DNA of 64,000 nucleotides from Eledone cirrhosa (lineage: Eukaryota), in the NCBI GenBank assembly GCA_964016885.1, contig OZ024752.1, forward strand, positions 38,812,001-38,876,000. Direction: 5' to 3'. The translations under genes and the position numbers were made by a program. Below, piece by piece: positions 1-11,043 of this stretch. The notes beneath the pieces were generated by a model. The model was given only the letters and a program-made list of their open reading frames with translations. It made no database searches and was not told the DNA's origin. Positions within the stretch are counted from its first letter, which is position 1. Every line of letters starts with the position of its first letter.

Positions 1-413
1 ACAGGCCTCCTACAATATAAGGTATTTTAGCAACTAGGGAGTTATTAAAATATTATATTTGCATATCTAAAGTACTTGAACTATGAAGGTTTTAAGCATT
101 TGTTTTGGCTACCTCGGTGTTAAAGGTTATTAGTTCAAGTAGAATTAATCCAAGTGACACAAAAATAAGAACACTTTACCTATGACTTGGTTGTCACCTC
201 TACCCCACTCACACATTTTATGTTGTCTATCATATTATCATGTAGTTAATTAACCAAAGCAACATAAAATTAAGAACACTTCACCTATTACTTAGTTGTC
301 CCCTCCCCCACACCTTTTATTTTAATTATTATGTTATCATGTAGAGTTAACCAATATATCACTTAGTTGTCACCCCCACCCCACACTCATACCTTTTATC
401 ATGCTATCTCCTC

Positions 414-1350
414 ATACTGTAAAGTGGTCATGTAGGTGTCACGACAAAAAGCACCCAGTCCACACTGTAAAGTGGTCATGTAGGTGTCACAAAAAAAAGA
501 AGCACTCAGTCCACACTGCAATGTGGTCGTGTAGGTGTCAGGACAAAAAGCGCCCAGTCCACACTGCAATATGGTCGTGTAGGTGTCGGGACAAAAAGCA
601 CCCAGTCCACACTGCAATGTGGTCGTGTAGGTGTCAGGACAAAAAGCGCCCAGTCCATACTGTAATGTGGTCATGTAGGTGTCGGGACAAAAAGCACCCA
701 GTCCACACTGTAAAGTGGTCATGTAGGTGTCACGACAAAAAGCACCCAGTCCACACTGTAAAGTGGTCATGTAGGTGTCAGGACAAAAAGCACCCAGTCC
801 ACACTGTAAAGTGGTCATGTAGGTGTCAGGACAAAAAGCACCCAGTCCACACTGCAATGTGGTCGTGTAGGTGTCAGGACAAAAAGCGCCCAGTCCATAC
901 TGTAATGTGGTCATGTAGGTGTCGGGACAAAAAGCACCCAGTCCACACTGTAAAGTGATCGTGTAGGTGTCACAAAAAAAAAGCACTCAGTCCACACTGC
1001 AATGTGGTCGTGTAGGTGTCAGGACAAAAAGCGCCCAGTCCACACTGCAATGTGGTTGTGTAGGTGTCGGGACAAAAAGCACCCAGTCCACACTGTAAAG
1101 TGGTCATGTAGGTGTCACGACAAAAAGCACCCAGTCCACACTGTAAAGTGGTCATGTAGGTGTCACGACAAAAAGCACCCAGTCCACACTGTAAAGTGGT
1201 CATGTAGGTGTCACGACAAAAAGCACCCAGTCCACACTGTAAAGTGGTCATGTAGGTGTCACGACAAAAAGCACCCAGTCCATACTGTAATGTGGTCTTG
1301 TAAGTGTCACAACAAAAAGCACCCAGTCCACACTGTAATGTGGTCATGTA
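414..1350 (+). repeat. 48-bp minisatellite, ~19-20 copies (CACTGTAAAGTGGTCATGTAGGTGTCACGACAAAAAGCACCCAGTCCA), derived from an RTE 3'UTR segment
   Basis: 48-nt periodicity seen directly (16-aa repeats in the ORF track). The unit matches the LINE 3'UTR at ~29926-29980. Confidence 0.95.
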
Positions 1351-1536
1351 GCCAACATGATAAAAAGTACCCAGCTCACACTATAAATGTGATTGGCATT
1401 CAGCTGTAGAAACCAAGCCAAAATCAGTTCTGTGTCAGCAAATCAGGGTCCCCTGACCTGATCCCTCACAAAGGGACATCCTGTCCTACCCATGCTAGAG
1501 TGGAAGATGGATGTTAAATGATGATGGTGGTGATGA
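1351..1536 (+). mobile_element. RTE-type 3' tail with (GAT)n end, following the minisatellite
   Basis: CAGCTGTAGAAACC...CCCATGCTAG..TGGAAGATGGATGTTAAATGATGATG resembles the LINE terminus at 30150-30288. Confidence 0.75.
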
Positions 1537-1595
1537 GCTCTGATATGTTAGTGAAACCAATGAACCTAGCTAAAACTATACTTTCTTTATTTCAG

Positions 1596-1897
1596 CTACT
1601 CCAGCTGATGTGTCTCTGTTGATGCAGCTCGGTGTTGACGGAGTGTTTGTAGGCTCTGGTATCTTCAAAAGTAGTTTACCGAAGAAACGTGCTAAAGCAA
1701 TGGCACAAGCTGTGACCCACTACAATGAACCTTCAGTCCTTGCTGAATTGAGTGAGGATTTGGGTGAAGCTATGTTTGGAATCCCACATTCTGATCAACC
1801 ACAACATAAAAGACGCGAAGGACCAATAGGAGAGGAAGTGAAGATTTGGAATGCCACTCTAAGCAATCAAAATTCTTCAACTAAAATAAGCAGCTGA
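1596..1897 (+). CDS. PDX1: Terminal exon of pyridoxal 5'-phosphate synthase subunit PDX1/SNZ (PdxS); upstream exons lie outside the window
   Basis: Polypyrimidine + TTTCAG acceptor ends at 1595. Translation (A)[25 protein letters not shown]...[26 protein letters not shown] is the PdxS/SNZ C-terminal signature. Stop TGA at 1895-1897. Confidence 0.93.
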
Positions 1898-2048
1898 TGA
1901 CAATCCATAACTGCACAGGCTGATGAAACGGTCCTTTTTTATAATGACAATTTTTAACCCAAATCCTGAAATTCTCGACAAATATTTTATTTTTTCTATT
2001 TTTAAATTTGTTTTCCTGTCTCATTCTAATATTTGAAATTGTATATCA

Positions 2049-2054
2049 AATAAA
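2049..2054 (+). promoter_or_regulatory. Probable polyadenylation signal of PDX1
   Basis: AATAAA ~150 nt after the stop, followed by T-rich sequence. Confidence 0.5.
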
Positions 2055-2148
2055 AGATACTTTTAAGAAACATATTTTCTTTTAATATTTATTTTGAAGG
2101 GTACCTAGTGAGTTACATAGGGGAAGCAGGACTTCAATAGATCTGATT

Positions 2149-2364
2149 TTAACCCTTAAGCATTTAAACCAGCCATATCTGGCCAGAATTCTTTCACTTC
2201 TTTCTGTTCAAACCAGTCATAACTGGCTGCTCATACTGATGTTAAGGTATTGCTCTCAAAATAAATGATATCAAAATCTCATAGATTCGATATTATGTGA
2301 GGTAAAGCCTTTACCGTGAAAATACAATAGTAAATATAGAGTAAGGTAAATACTAAAGGGTTAA
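2149..2364 (+). mobile_element. piggyBac-type MITE, family A (~215 bp)
   Basis: TTAA-CCCTT.AGCATTTA ... TAAAT.CTAAAGGG-TTAA termini; many copies in the window. Confidence 0.85.
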
Positions 2365-2669
2365 GGAAGCCATGCTGGTGATGAGTGAGGAAGGGGAGAG
2401 ATCCAAGGTGGTTGTTAACTCTACTGTGAAATGTTGGATGTGAGATCATTAATACTTTTCCAAAGGCCAGGAGATAAATATTGAAGATTTTTGTTAGGAA
2501 GGGCATCTAGCTGTAAAAACTCCGGCCAAATTCAGTTCTCGTCAGTACAAGGTACAGCATGGCCAACCTGACCAGACTTTTCTCTCGACGCAGACACAAC
2601 CCATCTGACCCATGCAAACATGGAAAAATGGACGTTAAATGGTGAAGATGATGATGATGGTAATGATAG

Positions 2670-2850
2670 ATGGTAAGACAGATATTCAAAGTACCTAAAA
2701 GAAAATCTGCCATTTGAGAATTTGATAACTTTGTTTCAGTTTGCTTTCAAGCTTAACCAGGTTATTTAGGATATCTCCAGCCGACAGGTGTGCTTTTAAT
2801 ACATCAACTAAGAAGGAGAATGTGATAAATAGAATTTTATTTTTGATACG
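2670..2850 (-). pseudogene. Decayed partial duplicate of the CEP44 5' end
   Basis: Aligns by eye to 7120-7310. ADFLLGTLNICL vs ADFLAGTLDIYL; start ATG changed to CTG; small deletion; ends against an RTE-tail element at ~2420-2665. Confidence 0.8.
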
Positions 2851-3264
2851 TGTTATATAAAAAAATGAATCAGGATGATTTAATAAAATTATTACCTTAA
2901 TATAGCTAATGGTATTTTATTAAATGATATATATTTAAATTTGAGATGTACATAAATAATGGTTTCTGATTTAGGCACAAAACCATACATAGGCCAAACT
3001 GTGTAGACGTATTTTCTTGGGGCTCTGCTAGAATCAGCAGCAACACACACTAACATGTGTTGCTACCCACACAAATATATATATATATATATGTATAACT
3101 GAACAAAAAAGAAAAATGAACAGAGACATATACATATATGTGTTCAAACCGTAAGGCACCAGATTCGCTAAGGTGAAAAGAATACTAACTATAGACAATG
3201 GGTTTGCCAGACTAAATTTAAGAATAAATCAAGAAAAATAAATACAAACCAGAATTGTGGTAAC

Positions 3265-3365
3265 TACCAATCACCCGGACAGCTTTGATAATACTGTTTC
3301 GCAATATTAATTGTGAAGAGGAATACCAAAATTCTAGCTCATCAGCGGATGAAGAATTATTAGTA
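3265..3365 (-). ncRNA. Type I hammerhead ribozyme (extended, GUC cleavage triplet), probably Penelope-like element derived
   Basis: Minus strand: TACTAAT-aattctt-CATCCG / CTGATGA / GC..stem II..GC / GAAA / CAG-loop-CTG / TC / CGGGTG-ATTGGTA. All core nucleotides are present and stems I and III pair. Confidence 0.8.
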
Positions 3366-3617
3366 TCCTGATCACTTCTAAGTATACTAAAAAACTGGAT
3401 AGTTTGTGTATATATAACGCATATGGTACCCGAACTTAGCGTGTCTCGCAAATTAACACTACCTTTTGTTCGTTTTTCTTTTGTTCAGTTATATTATACG
3501 GCTCGGAAAAACCTCTTTCCTAGAGCTAATTTTCTTGTAAGAGACTATTTTGAGTTTCTAACTCAATACATGCCTTTGATATATATATGTATGTATATAG
3601 TATACTAATATTATATT

Positions 3618-3950
3618 GTGGATTGGCAGTATCGGTAGAGGGTCGGACGCCATGCTTTCCAGCATAGTTACGTCCTTTTACGATCTGAGTTCAAATCCCG
3701 CCGAGGTTGACTTTGCCTTTCATCCTTACGGGGTCGATAAAATAAAGTACCAGTAATGTACTGGGTTATTGCTGGCCTTGTGCCAAAAGTAGAAACAATT
3801 ATATTATTAATGCGGTGAATTGGCAGTATCAGTAGAGGGTTGGACGCCATGCTTTCTACCATAGTTACGTCCCTTTATGGGTTCGATAAAATAAAGTACC
3901 AGTAATGTACGGGATAATTGCTGGCCTTGTGCCAAAAGTAGAAACAATTA
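3618..3950 (+). mobile_element. Two tandem tRNA-derived SINEs (family 1; second copy internally deleted)
   Basis: A-box-like TGGCAGTATCGGTAG and B-box GAGTTCAAATCC; central GCCTTTCATCCTTACGGGGTCGATAAAATAAAGTACCAG (resembles the Meta-SINE domain, from memory); tail GGCCTTGTGCC..AGAAAC(AAT)n. Confidence 0.85.
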
Positions 3951-4182
3951 TATTATTAATTGGAGCAAGTATAATCCTTTACAGACTATTTAGCCCAATG
4001 CAATAAGAGCCATTCGCGAATTATTAAACAAAATATTTCGCCATACGTAACTCAACATGTGAAGTCCATAAAGATATTGATCCTGATGTTGATGAAGGAA
4101 ATTTGCTTGCATCGGATACCAAACCAATATATACATACTCTACTGATACTGCGAAGCCACTGCTCTCAGATGTATATAAATA

Positions 4183-4733
4183 ATCGTTTCTAATTTAGGC
4201 ACAAGGCCAGCATTTTTTTTTTGGGGGGGGGGGGTCGATTAAATCGATCCCCAGTGCGTTACTGGTAATTTATTTTATCAACCTCATAAGGATGAAAGGC
4301 AAAGTTAACCTCAGCGGGATCTGAACCCAGAATGTAAAGGCCGGTAACTATATGCCGCAAAGCATGTTGTCCGACGCTCTACCGATTCTGCCAAACCACC
4401 AACCCACAGATGCACATAAATAATTGTTTCTACTTTTTGGCACAAGGCCAGCTATTAATCCCCAGTGTATTACTGGTACTTTATTTTATCGACCCCGTAA
4501 GGATGAAAGGCAAAGTTAACCTCGGCGGGATTTGAACTCAAAATGGCAAGGGCCGTAACTCAATGCGTCAAAGCATGGCGTCCGACCCTCTACCGATACT
4601 GCCAATTCACCGCCCACTGCACATAAATAATTGTTTCTAGTTTAGGCACAAGGCCAGGCAAGCAATTATCCAATACATTATTGATACTTTATTTTATCGA
4701 CCCTGTAAGGATGAAAGGCAAAGTTAACCTCGA
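4183..4733 (-). mobile_element. Three tandem family-1 SINEs (one partial)
   Basis: Reverse complement of the 3618-3800 element, at 4183-4405, 4421-4615 and 4630-4733. Confidence 0.85.
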
Positions 4734-4734
4734 C

Positions 4735-5260
4735 AATAATGACTGCTTATGTGTGTGTGTGTGTATGTATATATATATATATATATATATATACAAATAT
4801 AAATTATCGAGAATCGTATTTCGGCCCACGAAATAACGAAACACAATCTTCGAAAAGTGTGGCAAAGTGCTCAATAGTTTGGATAAACCAGAGCTATAAC
4901 TAACGTTTAAATACCAACACACTGAGATAATGCTTAAAATCATTCGCACAGCCGAAAAAACGACCAAGAAAATTCGGGTCAGACAAATAATAATATATAT
5001 GAATGAAAAAATATATATATAATGACTGCTTATGTGTGTATGTATATATATATATACAAATATAAATTATCGAGAATCGTATTTCGGCCAAAGAAATAAC
5101 GAAAAACAACCTCCGAGATGTGTGGCAAGTGCTCAATGATTCAGATGAACCAGAGCTACAACATACGTTAAAGGCCAAACACACTGAGACGATGGTTAAA
5201 CAATCATCCGCACAACCAAAAAAACGACCAAGTAATTCGGGTCAAATAAATAAAAAGAAT
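4735..5260. repeat. Diverged ~280-bp tandem duplication
   Basis: AATGACTGCTTATGTG...AAATTATCGAGAATCGTATTTCGGCC...AAAAAACGACCAAG..ATTCGGGTCA occurs twice (4735-5010, 5018-5260). Confidence 0.8.
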
Positions 5261-5625
5261 TGTGATTGAAAAATACATATATACATACATACACACACAC
5301 ACACAAATGATTTACATGTATGTAGTTATAATACATAGGGTCTCCGCACAAATATCGCCGCTGACCAAGAATAGGGAAATATAGAGAAAAAAAAATGGTA
5401 GAGAAAAAGAGGGGGGGGTGGCAAGAGCCCTGGTGTTGCAGAAGAGGGGGGGGGGGGGGTGATTGGGCAAGGGGGCATGAGTGCTGCGCCCCGCGAAGAA
5501 GACGACAAAAACATGCCCCCGGGCGATGGCCAGTGACACCTGCTGCAACAGCCACCCAACCTCGCGGGCCACCACCGACGCTCCGATCTTGCGGAGGAGC
5601 TCGGGATGAATTATAATAAAACGAA

Positions 5626-5806
5626 TAATTGTTTCTACGTTAGGCACAAGGCCAGCAATTACCCAGTGCATTACTGGTACTTTATTTTATCGACCCCGTA
5701 AGGATGAAAGGCAAAGTTAACCTCGGCGGGATTTGAACTCAGAATGGCAAGGGCCGTAACTCTATGCGTCAAAGCTTGGCGTCCGACCCTCTACCAATAC
5801 TGCCAA
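5626..5806 (-). mobile_element. Family-1 SINE
   Basis: Same head, central domain and tail as other copies; sits ~60 nt past the CEP44 stop. Confidence 0.85.
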
Positions 5807-5867
5807 AAAACGAATAATGTTTATATTTGTTACGATGAGATATAGTTGCAAATCAATACTGAATTAA

Positions 5868-7235
5868 TCACAGTTTTTCCAATTTAGATTCTAATGACTT
5901 AATAGCGCATTCCATTAAATTCATTTTGGCGAGGCAATAGTCCAATTCATTTTTGCAAGTATTATCTAATTTCACAGAAGGATGGAATAAACTTTCGTTG
6001 TTTGAGCTTTGTTCTTTTCTTGTGTGTTGTTGTTGATCAGTGACGGTGGTTTCTGTGTCTAATGACAACGCTGGTGGAAATTCTGGCGAATTCTTCTTCT
6101 CTTTGCCCAACAACATTCTAGAATCTAGTAGTCTTTCTTTTAGATTCTTCCGATGTAAATCCTGTAAAATCTCTGCAGATTTGACCAAAGTTTGTGAGAT
6201 GTTTTCCATTAAGGGTTCATAATTCATCTCTTTAGAAGAAGTTGAATTTTTACCTAACCTTGCATGTTTGTCGGCTCCGGTTGCAGTTAATGCGTATTTT
6301 GCGACTTTGGAAATTGTGCTAGAAACATCTTCGTGTTGTTCTCCAATGTAATTTGAAAAATGGTTTGAATTTTCAGTCCAGGCTATTAAAGGTTCAAAAG
6401 TGTTTTCTTTCTCTGGAAAAGGTCCTATTTGAACACTAACTGGAATTTTGTCAATGTTTGATTTCTGTTTTTCAAGAATTACATGACTCTTTGAATTTGG
6501 AGGTAATACAAACTGAGTAAATTGATAATTTCTTGGTATTCCTAAAGCAGAACAAGCATGGAATAATTTTTTGCCTAGATGAGGTTTTATAAAATTGTCA
6601 TTTTCCCTTTTGTTTTTAGATAAGGTGTTTTTAAAATTGTCTTTTGTGTTATGAGAGTGATACCTAGTGGCGCTTTGTTGGCTAGTAATGTGTGCATTGA
6701 TATCAAGATGCTGTAGAACAGAAGTAGGAGGATTTGGCATAGTAGAGTTAATAGGTTCTTCATTAGCAGAACTTATAACATTCCTATGGCGAGACACTTC
6801 GTTGGTATCAGATCTGTTGACTAGAGTTCGAGTCTTGCGGTGACCACTTCGACGTATCACAGAGGGATATGCTTTACATTTTTGTAGAACAACATCCAGA
6901 ATATTAGTACACATAATCATTTTCATCTCAATAAAAGCTCTGTTAGTCAGAAACATATGTTTTGTTATAGGAGGTTTATAACACAAAACATCTCGTACTA
7001 TACGATAGAGGTTGTCGACGAAATGTTTGTTAGTCTTACCGTAAAGTTGTAATCCTTTTTCAGCAATAACTTTACTAAATTCACAGTTAAAAGATGAAAA
7101 TACATAGCCATAAACAGCAAGGTAAATATCCAAAGTTCCGGCAAGAAAATCTGCCCTTTGATAATTTGAAAATTTTACTTGTTTCAGCTTGCTTTCAAGC
7201 TTACCGAGGTTATTAACAATATCGCCTGCCGACAT
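5868..7235 (-). CDS. CEP44: Centrosomal protein of 44 kDa (CEP44 domain, low-complexity middle, C-terminal coiled coil); 455 aa with no coding introns
   Basis: N-terminus MSAGDIVNNLGKLE...LYGKTNKHFVDNLYRIVRDVLCYKPPITKHMFL..AFIEMKMIMCTNILDVV resembles recalled vertebrate CEP44 (MATGDL...[43 protein letters not shown]); long intact ORF. Confidence 0.85.
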   Translation of the reverse strand: MSAGDIVNNLGKLESKLKQVKFSNYQRADFLAGTLDIYLAVYGYVFSSFNCEFSKVIAEKGLQLYGKTNKHFVDNLYRIVRDVLCYKPPITKHMFLTNRAFIEMKMIMCTNILDVVLQKCKAYPSVIRRSGHRKTRTLVNRSDTNEVSRHRNVISSANEEPINSTMPNPPTSVLQHLDINAHITSQQSATRYHSHNTKDNFKNTLSKNKRENDNFIKPHLGKKLFHACSALGIPRNYQFTQFVLPPNSKSHVILEKQKSNIDKIPVSVQIGPFPEKENTFEPLIAWTENSNHFSNYIGEQHEDVSSTISKVAKYALTATGADKHARLGKNSTSSKEMNYEPLMENISQTLVKSAEILQDLHRKNLKERLLDSRMLLGKEKKNSPEFPPALSLDTETTVTDQQQHTRKEQSSNNESLFHPSVKLDNTCKNELDYCLAKMNLMECAIKSLESKLEKL

Positions 7236-8550
7236 GTGTGCTTTTAGTATTAAAATATCTCAATTAAAAATGAAATAACGTGTAATAGATGAGATTTTAA
7301 CTTTGATTCATGATCAATTTTCGAAAACTAAATTAATCCAGTAAGTAGTGAATATAAGTGAGAGGGGAAAAACAATTGAACTGTGATTTAATTGCTAGGA
7401 AACCATCGTGTATCATAACTAGTAGTTTCGTACTTTATTGTTGTTTAGATTTAATTGAACAAATTTCTGATCGGCTGTGACTATTCCGTTTTATTAGGGA
7501 TATAAAAAAAATATATATATTATCGAATATGTATTTTTTTTTAATTTAAGATGGATGTAATTTGAAAAAGATTTTATAGCTATTTCTAGCACTTTTAGTG
7601 AACACGTAAAGAGAAGCTCTCTTGTTGAACTGAGTTTCGTACTTTAAAAATTGTAAAATAAAAAAAAAAAAAAAAAAGGGAACCACTTTTTTGAGGACCA
7701 GTGTCGCGTTTCTCCTTCCTCAGACGGACAGCTATCGATTCGATTTCACGAAGGTCAGCTGTACGGAGTCCTGTGTTGAGAATAAGCGGTCTCGGACATG
7801 CCCCGGTATTTGCTTATCTTCCAATCCTCTACATTGCAGGTACCGGGGTTTGAGACCGAAGTGACTAAGTTGGGGTGGGGGAGAACATGTTGCAGCATGT
7901 GTACTAGGTTAGAACACTTAAGATCATATATAAAGTACAGTAAAGTGGATGTTTCAATGTTTTCAACTTCATTAATAGCCACAGTTAGCTTAATAGTGTT
8001 GATACGGGAAAATAAAATTCCATCTTCTCACTACTCAATGTTTGTTTTGTTGCTGTTATTTATTTATTATGAACACTCGATACAGTAAGCAATCGCAAAG
8101 TTCTATACCAAGCAAAGGCAACCTTTTTTCGAGCCACACTACTAAAAAATGCGTACCATTCAGAAAGCCAAACGGGCCGCTGTTTGCCCATAACACGTCT
8201 ATACTTTCAAAAGCGTTCGGAGTTGTCTCCCTTGTCTGTTTGACTGAAGTCCAATGTTCATTGACTCCCAAATCACTGCATCCAAAGAAATGGTACTCAA
8301 TTTATTATTGTGAAGTGGTTCACCAACACGTTCCATCTTCTCTGGTCCATAAATGTTATCTTTCTTCTCTCAACGTTTTTCTATCTCTACTACAATATCC
8401 TCTTCTCCTCGGCATCTCATACCACTTCTACTGTCACCCATAATTCAAATTTATACCTTTTTTTTCTCTCTATTAGCCAAAAGTGTTCACACGGAGAAGT
8501 ACAGGGACAAGACGAAGATATTATTTTGTTATGTTTGTTTATCTTACAAT

Positions 8551-8730
8551 AGGTTTCCAAGTAGTGACATGGCATTGAGAGAGTTTGGAGTGGAAGAATG
8601 GTTGACTAGAGTAGTAATGACAAAGCATGATAGAGAATATGAGATTTGTAAGGATGAATGACAAGAACAGTGATGAGTTTGAAGTGAAGGTTGGAGTGCA
8701 GCAGGTATTGGTTTTGAGCCCAATGCTATT
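8551..8730 (+). mobile_element. Degraded RTE RT fragment
   Basis: ALREFGVEEWL... and EFEVKVGVQQV.VLSP resemble the LINE at 28640-28800. Confidence 0.6.
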
Positions 8731-8734
8731 TGTA

Positions 8735-9720
8735 TAATAATTATTATAATAATAATGAAATTATTGTGTACAGTGCTCAGGTGCACTATAACTCATCAAA
8801 AGTACATGTATAGTACATAGAATAATGTACTAATGTCAGGAAAGTGAACAGTGTATGAGTCATGATATATGTGTATGGGGGGGGGGGGTATCAGGTATAG
8901 TGTTGGCGAATTTCGGGAAGCATTGAGGTTTTAAAGGATTTAGTGTCTTGGCAGCTAACAACTGATGGATGTAGTTTGTTCTATGCTTCAGCAACTCTCA
9001 GCGTGAAAAAAATGTTTCCAAAAATCATGGGAGCTGTGCTGTTTTCTGACTTTGTAGGCATGCCCATGTGTGTTAGACACATGGAATTCAAAAGGGTGCT
9101 CAGGGTTTATGATTTTGTGGGTGTTTACCAAGTCAGTTGCCAGACGTCAGAGCTTCAATGTATCCATGCTCAGAGAAGCAAAGCATTCAGAGTATGGTAG
9201 ATGCCTGATGGAGGGTATTCGCTTGGTTGCACATCTCTGAACAGTTTCCAAGAGGTCAATGTTCTGAGCAAGATAGAATTTGCATCACTAATCTGGAACC
9301 CCTAAGTGTGGCCATACCATAGCTATATACAGCTTTAAATAGATAGCTGGGAGCAGCTGACAAAGGTCTTGTTGTGTGATTGAGATACTGGCTTAAAGCA
9401 TAAAGTAAGATGTACACAAATGCTCTTGTATTAACAACAAAGAGTATGGATAGTCTGAGGAAGTATATGAATAGGTGGAGGAATTGATGGTGGCCACAGG
9501 TATATAGATGAATATTTGAAAGGTGAAAGTGATGACAAGAGGTAAAGTATGGTGAGGTGGAAAAAGATGGGAAGCCATGTGTTGGAGTGAACTCCATTAA
9601 ATGTACGATATGAAGTGTTTGGGTGCATCAAAGTAGTAGAGTGAAGGGATTATTAAAAAGCCCATCCCTCTCTATGTCTGAATAAAGCAGATTTCTTCCA
9701 GAGAAGGGCAGAAAAATAGA
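8735..9720 (-). mobile_element. Degraded CR1/L2-like LINE 3' fragment with (ATT)n tail
   Basis: Ends in ...AGTGCACCTGAGCACTGTACACAATAATTTCATTATTATT; decayed ORF2-like coding with stops. Confidence 0.5.
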
Positions 9721-9737
9721 GATATACAGAGGAAGAA

Positions 9738-9895
9738 TCAACCCCAGTACTAAACTGGTACTTTTTTTATCGACCTCGAAAGGATGAAAGGCAAAGTTGA
9801 CCTCGGCGGGATTTGAAATAAGAGAGTAGAGAGTCGGAATGAATGCAGCAAAGCATTCTATCTGACATTCTGACAACTCTGCAATTTCACTGCCT
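9738..9895 (-). mobile_element. Family-1-related SINE
   Basis: CTGGTACTT..TTATCGACC.CGAAAGGATGAAAGGCAAAGTTGACCTCGGCGGGATTTGAA. Confidence 0.75.
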
Positions 9896-10404
9896 TTGTT
9901 TGTATATAAAAAGAGAATAAAAAATCTCACAAAATAAACTCAGAAGTCGAGCATTAAGTATGTTAATAAATATTCTCATTTATTTCATACAATATTAACA
10001 GCTGAAATATTTCAACTTTTGCCAACATGCTAAGTCAGATGGTGTCTGTTTAGACAGACAATCCTACATTACAAACATCACAGTCAAGTGAGCCAATAGA
10101 TGCTATTAGTTTTTCATCTCTAAAGCTTCAACACTCAGGCTAAAGTTCACCTAATGTTTTGAGGCAAGATACTGACTAAAATTAGGGAGAGTGATCTTGT
10201 GACAATTTTTTTTTATTACAATTGTTATTGATTTGTTTTTTGTTTTTTTTTCTTTTCAATAGTTAGTGTTGCAATAGTGATAACAGCCCAGTTTCACTAA
10301 GTTCTGAGAAGAGACTCTTTGATAAGGAGGAAGTGAAGAACACTTACAATAAAATGCCATCAAATGGCAAGCATGAAGAAAAATAAATATAAAGATCACA
10401 TTTT

Positions 10405-10444
<40 letters not shown>

Positions 10445-11043
10445 TTTTTAGTGATTCAAAAGATGAAAATTATTATTATTATTTTAATGTCAAAGAACAA
10501 TTGCAATCTCCCAGTTTTAAGAAATGGCTTCAATGAGAATCCAATTAGTCAAAGATTATATGTCTGTGATACAAAGGGTTAAAAGTTCCCTATAGTTTTT
10601 GATTTATACCAGATGCATTCATACATTCTGTAAAACACTGATTAAAACTGAAATTAAGTTGTTGTTTTTTTAAATTCACATGTAATAAATACAAAATCAA
10701 CCGTGAATCTAATTAATGTAAATAATTTGTAAAATATATATAATATACAGAAGAAAATATTTAAATATACAGAAAATATTAAAGTCACATTTTGAGTTAT
10801 TAATTTCACTAACATTCTTAAATTTTACTTGTTCAGAGGTTACACTATGCTGATAAATTTATTATATTCGTTTTAGTTTGATATTTTGTTCAAACTTACT
10901 AGTTCTTTATTTTCTACAAATAACAGAGAAGCAGATCTAAGATTGTGTAGGAAATTAATGCTAATAACAATGTCAACATTTTGAAAAATATCACCTTCAA
11001 TCTTTATGTCACAATCTCCAATGAGTGTCTTAAAGTGATTATT

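Noticed and set aside
399-1409. CRISPR-like array, or Cys-rich repeat protein ORFs
   Set aside because: Units are contiguous with no unique spacers, the context is eukaryotic with no cas genes, and the ORFs on both strands arise from the 48-nt period
3618-3720. tRNA genes at SINE heads
   Set aside because: A and B boxes are present, but there is no cloverleaf and they continue into SINE bodies
5400-5480. G-quadruplex or Gly/Pro-rich ORFs
   Set aside because: Simple G homopolymers inside a repeat remnant; no evidence of function
7700-7790. CTGAGGA-AGGA-GAAAC on the minus strand as a hammerhead
   Set aside because: No room for stem II and no cleavage triplet with stem I pairing
8000-8350. 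Possible hAT transposase C-terminal relic on the minus strand
   Set aside because: Only a weak RVF...TLSSEKME similarity with many stops; not supportable without a search
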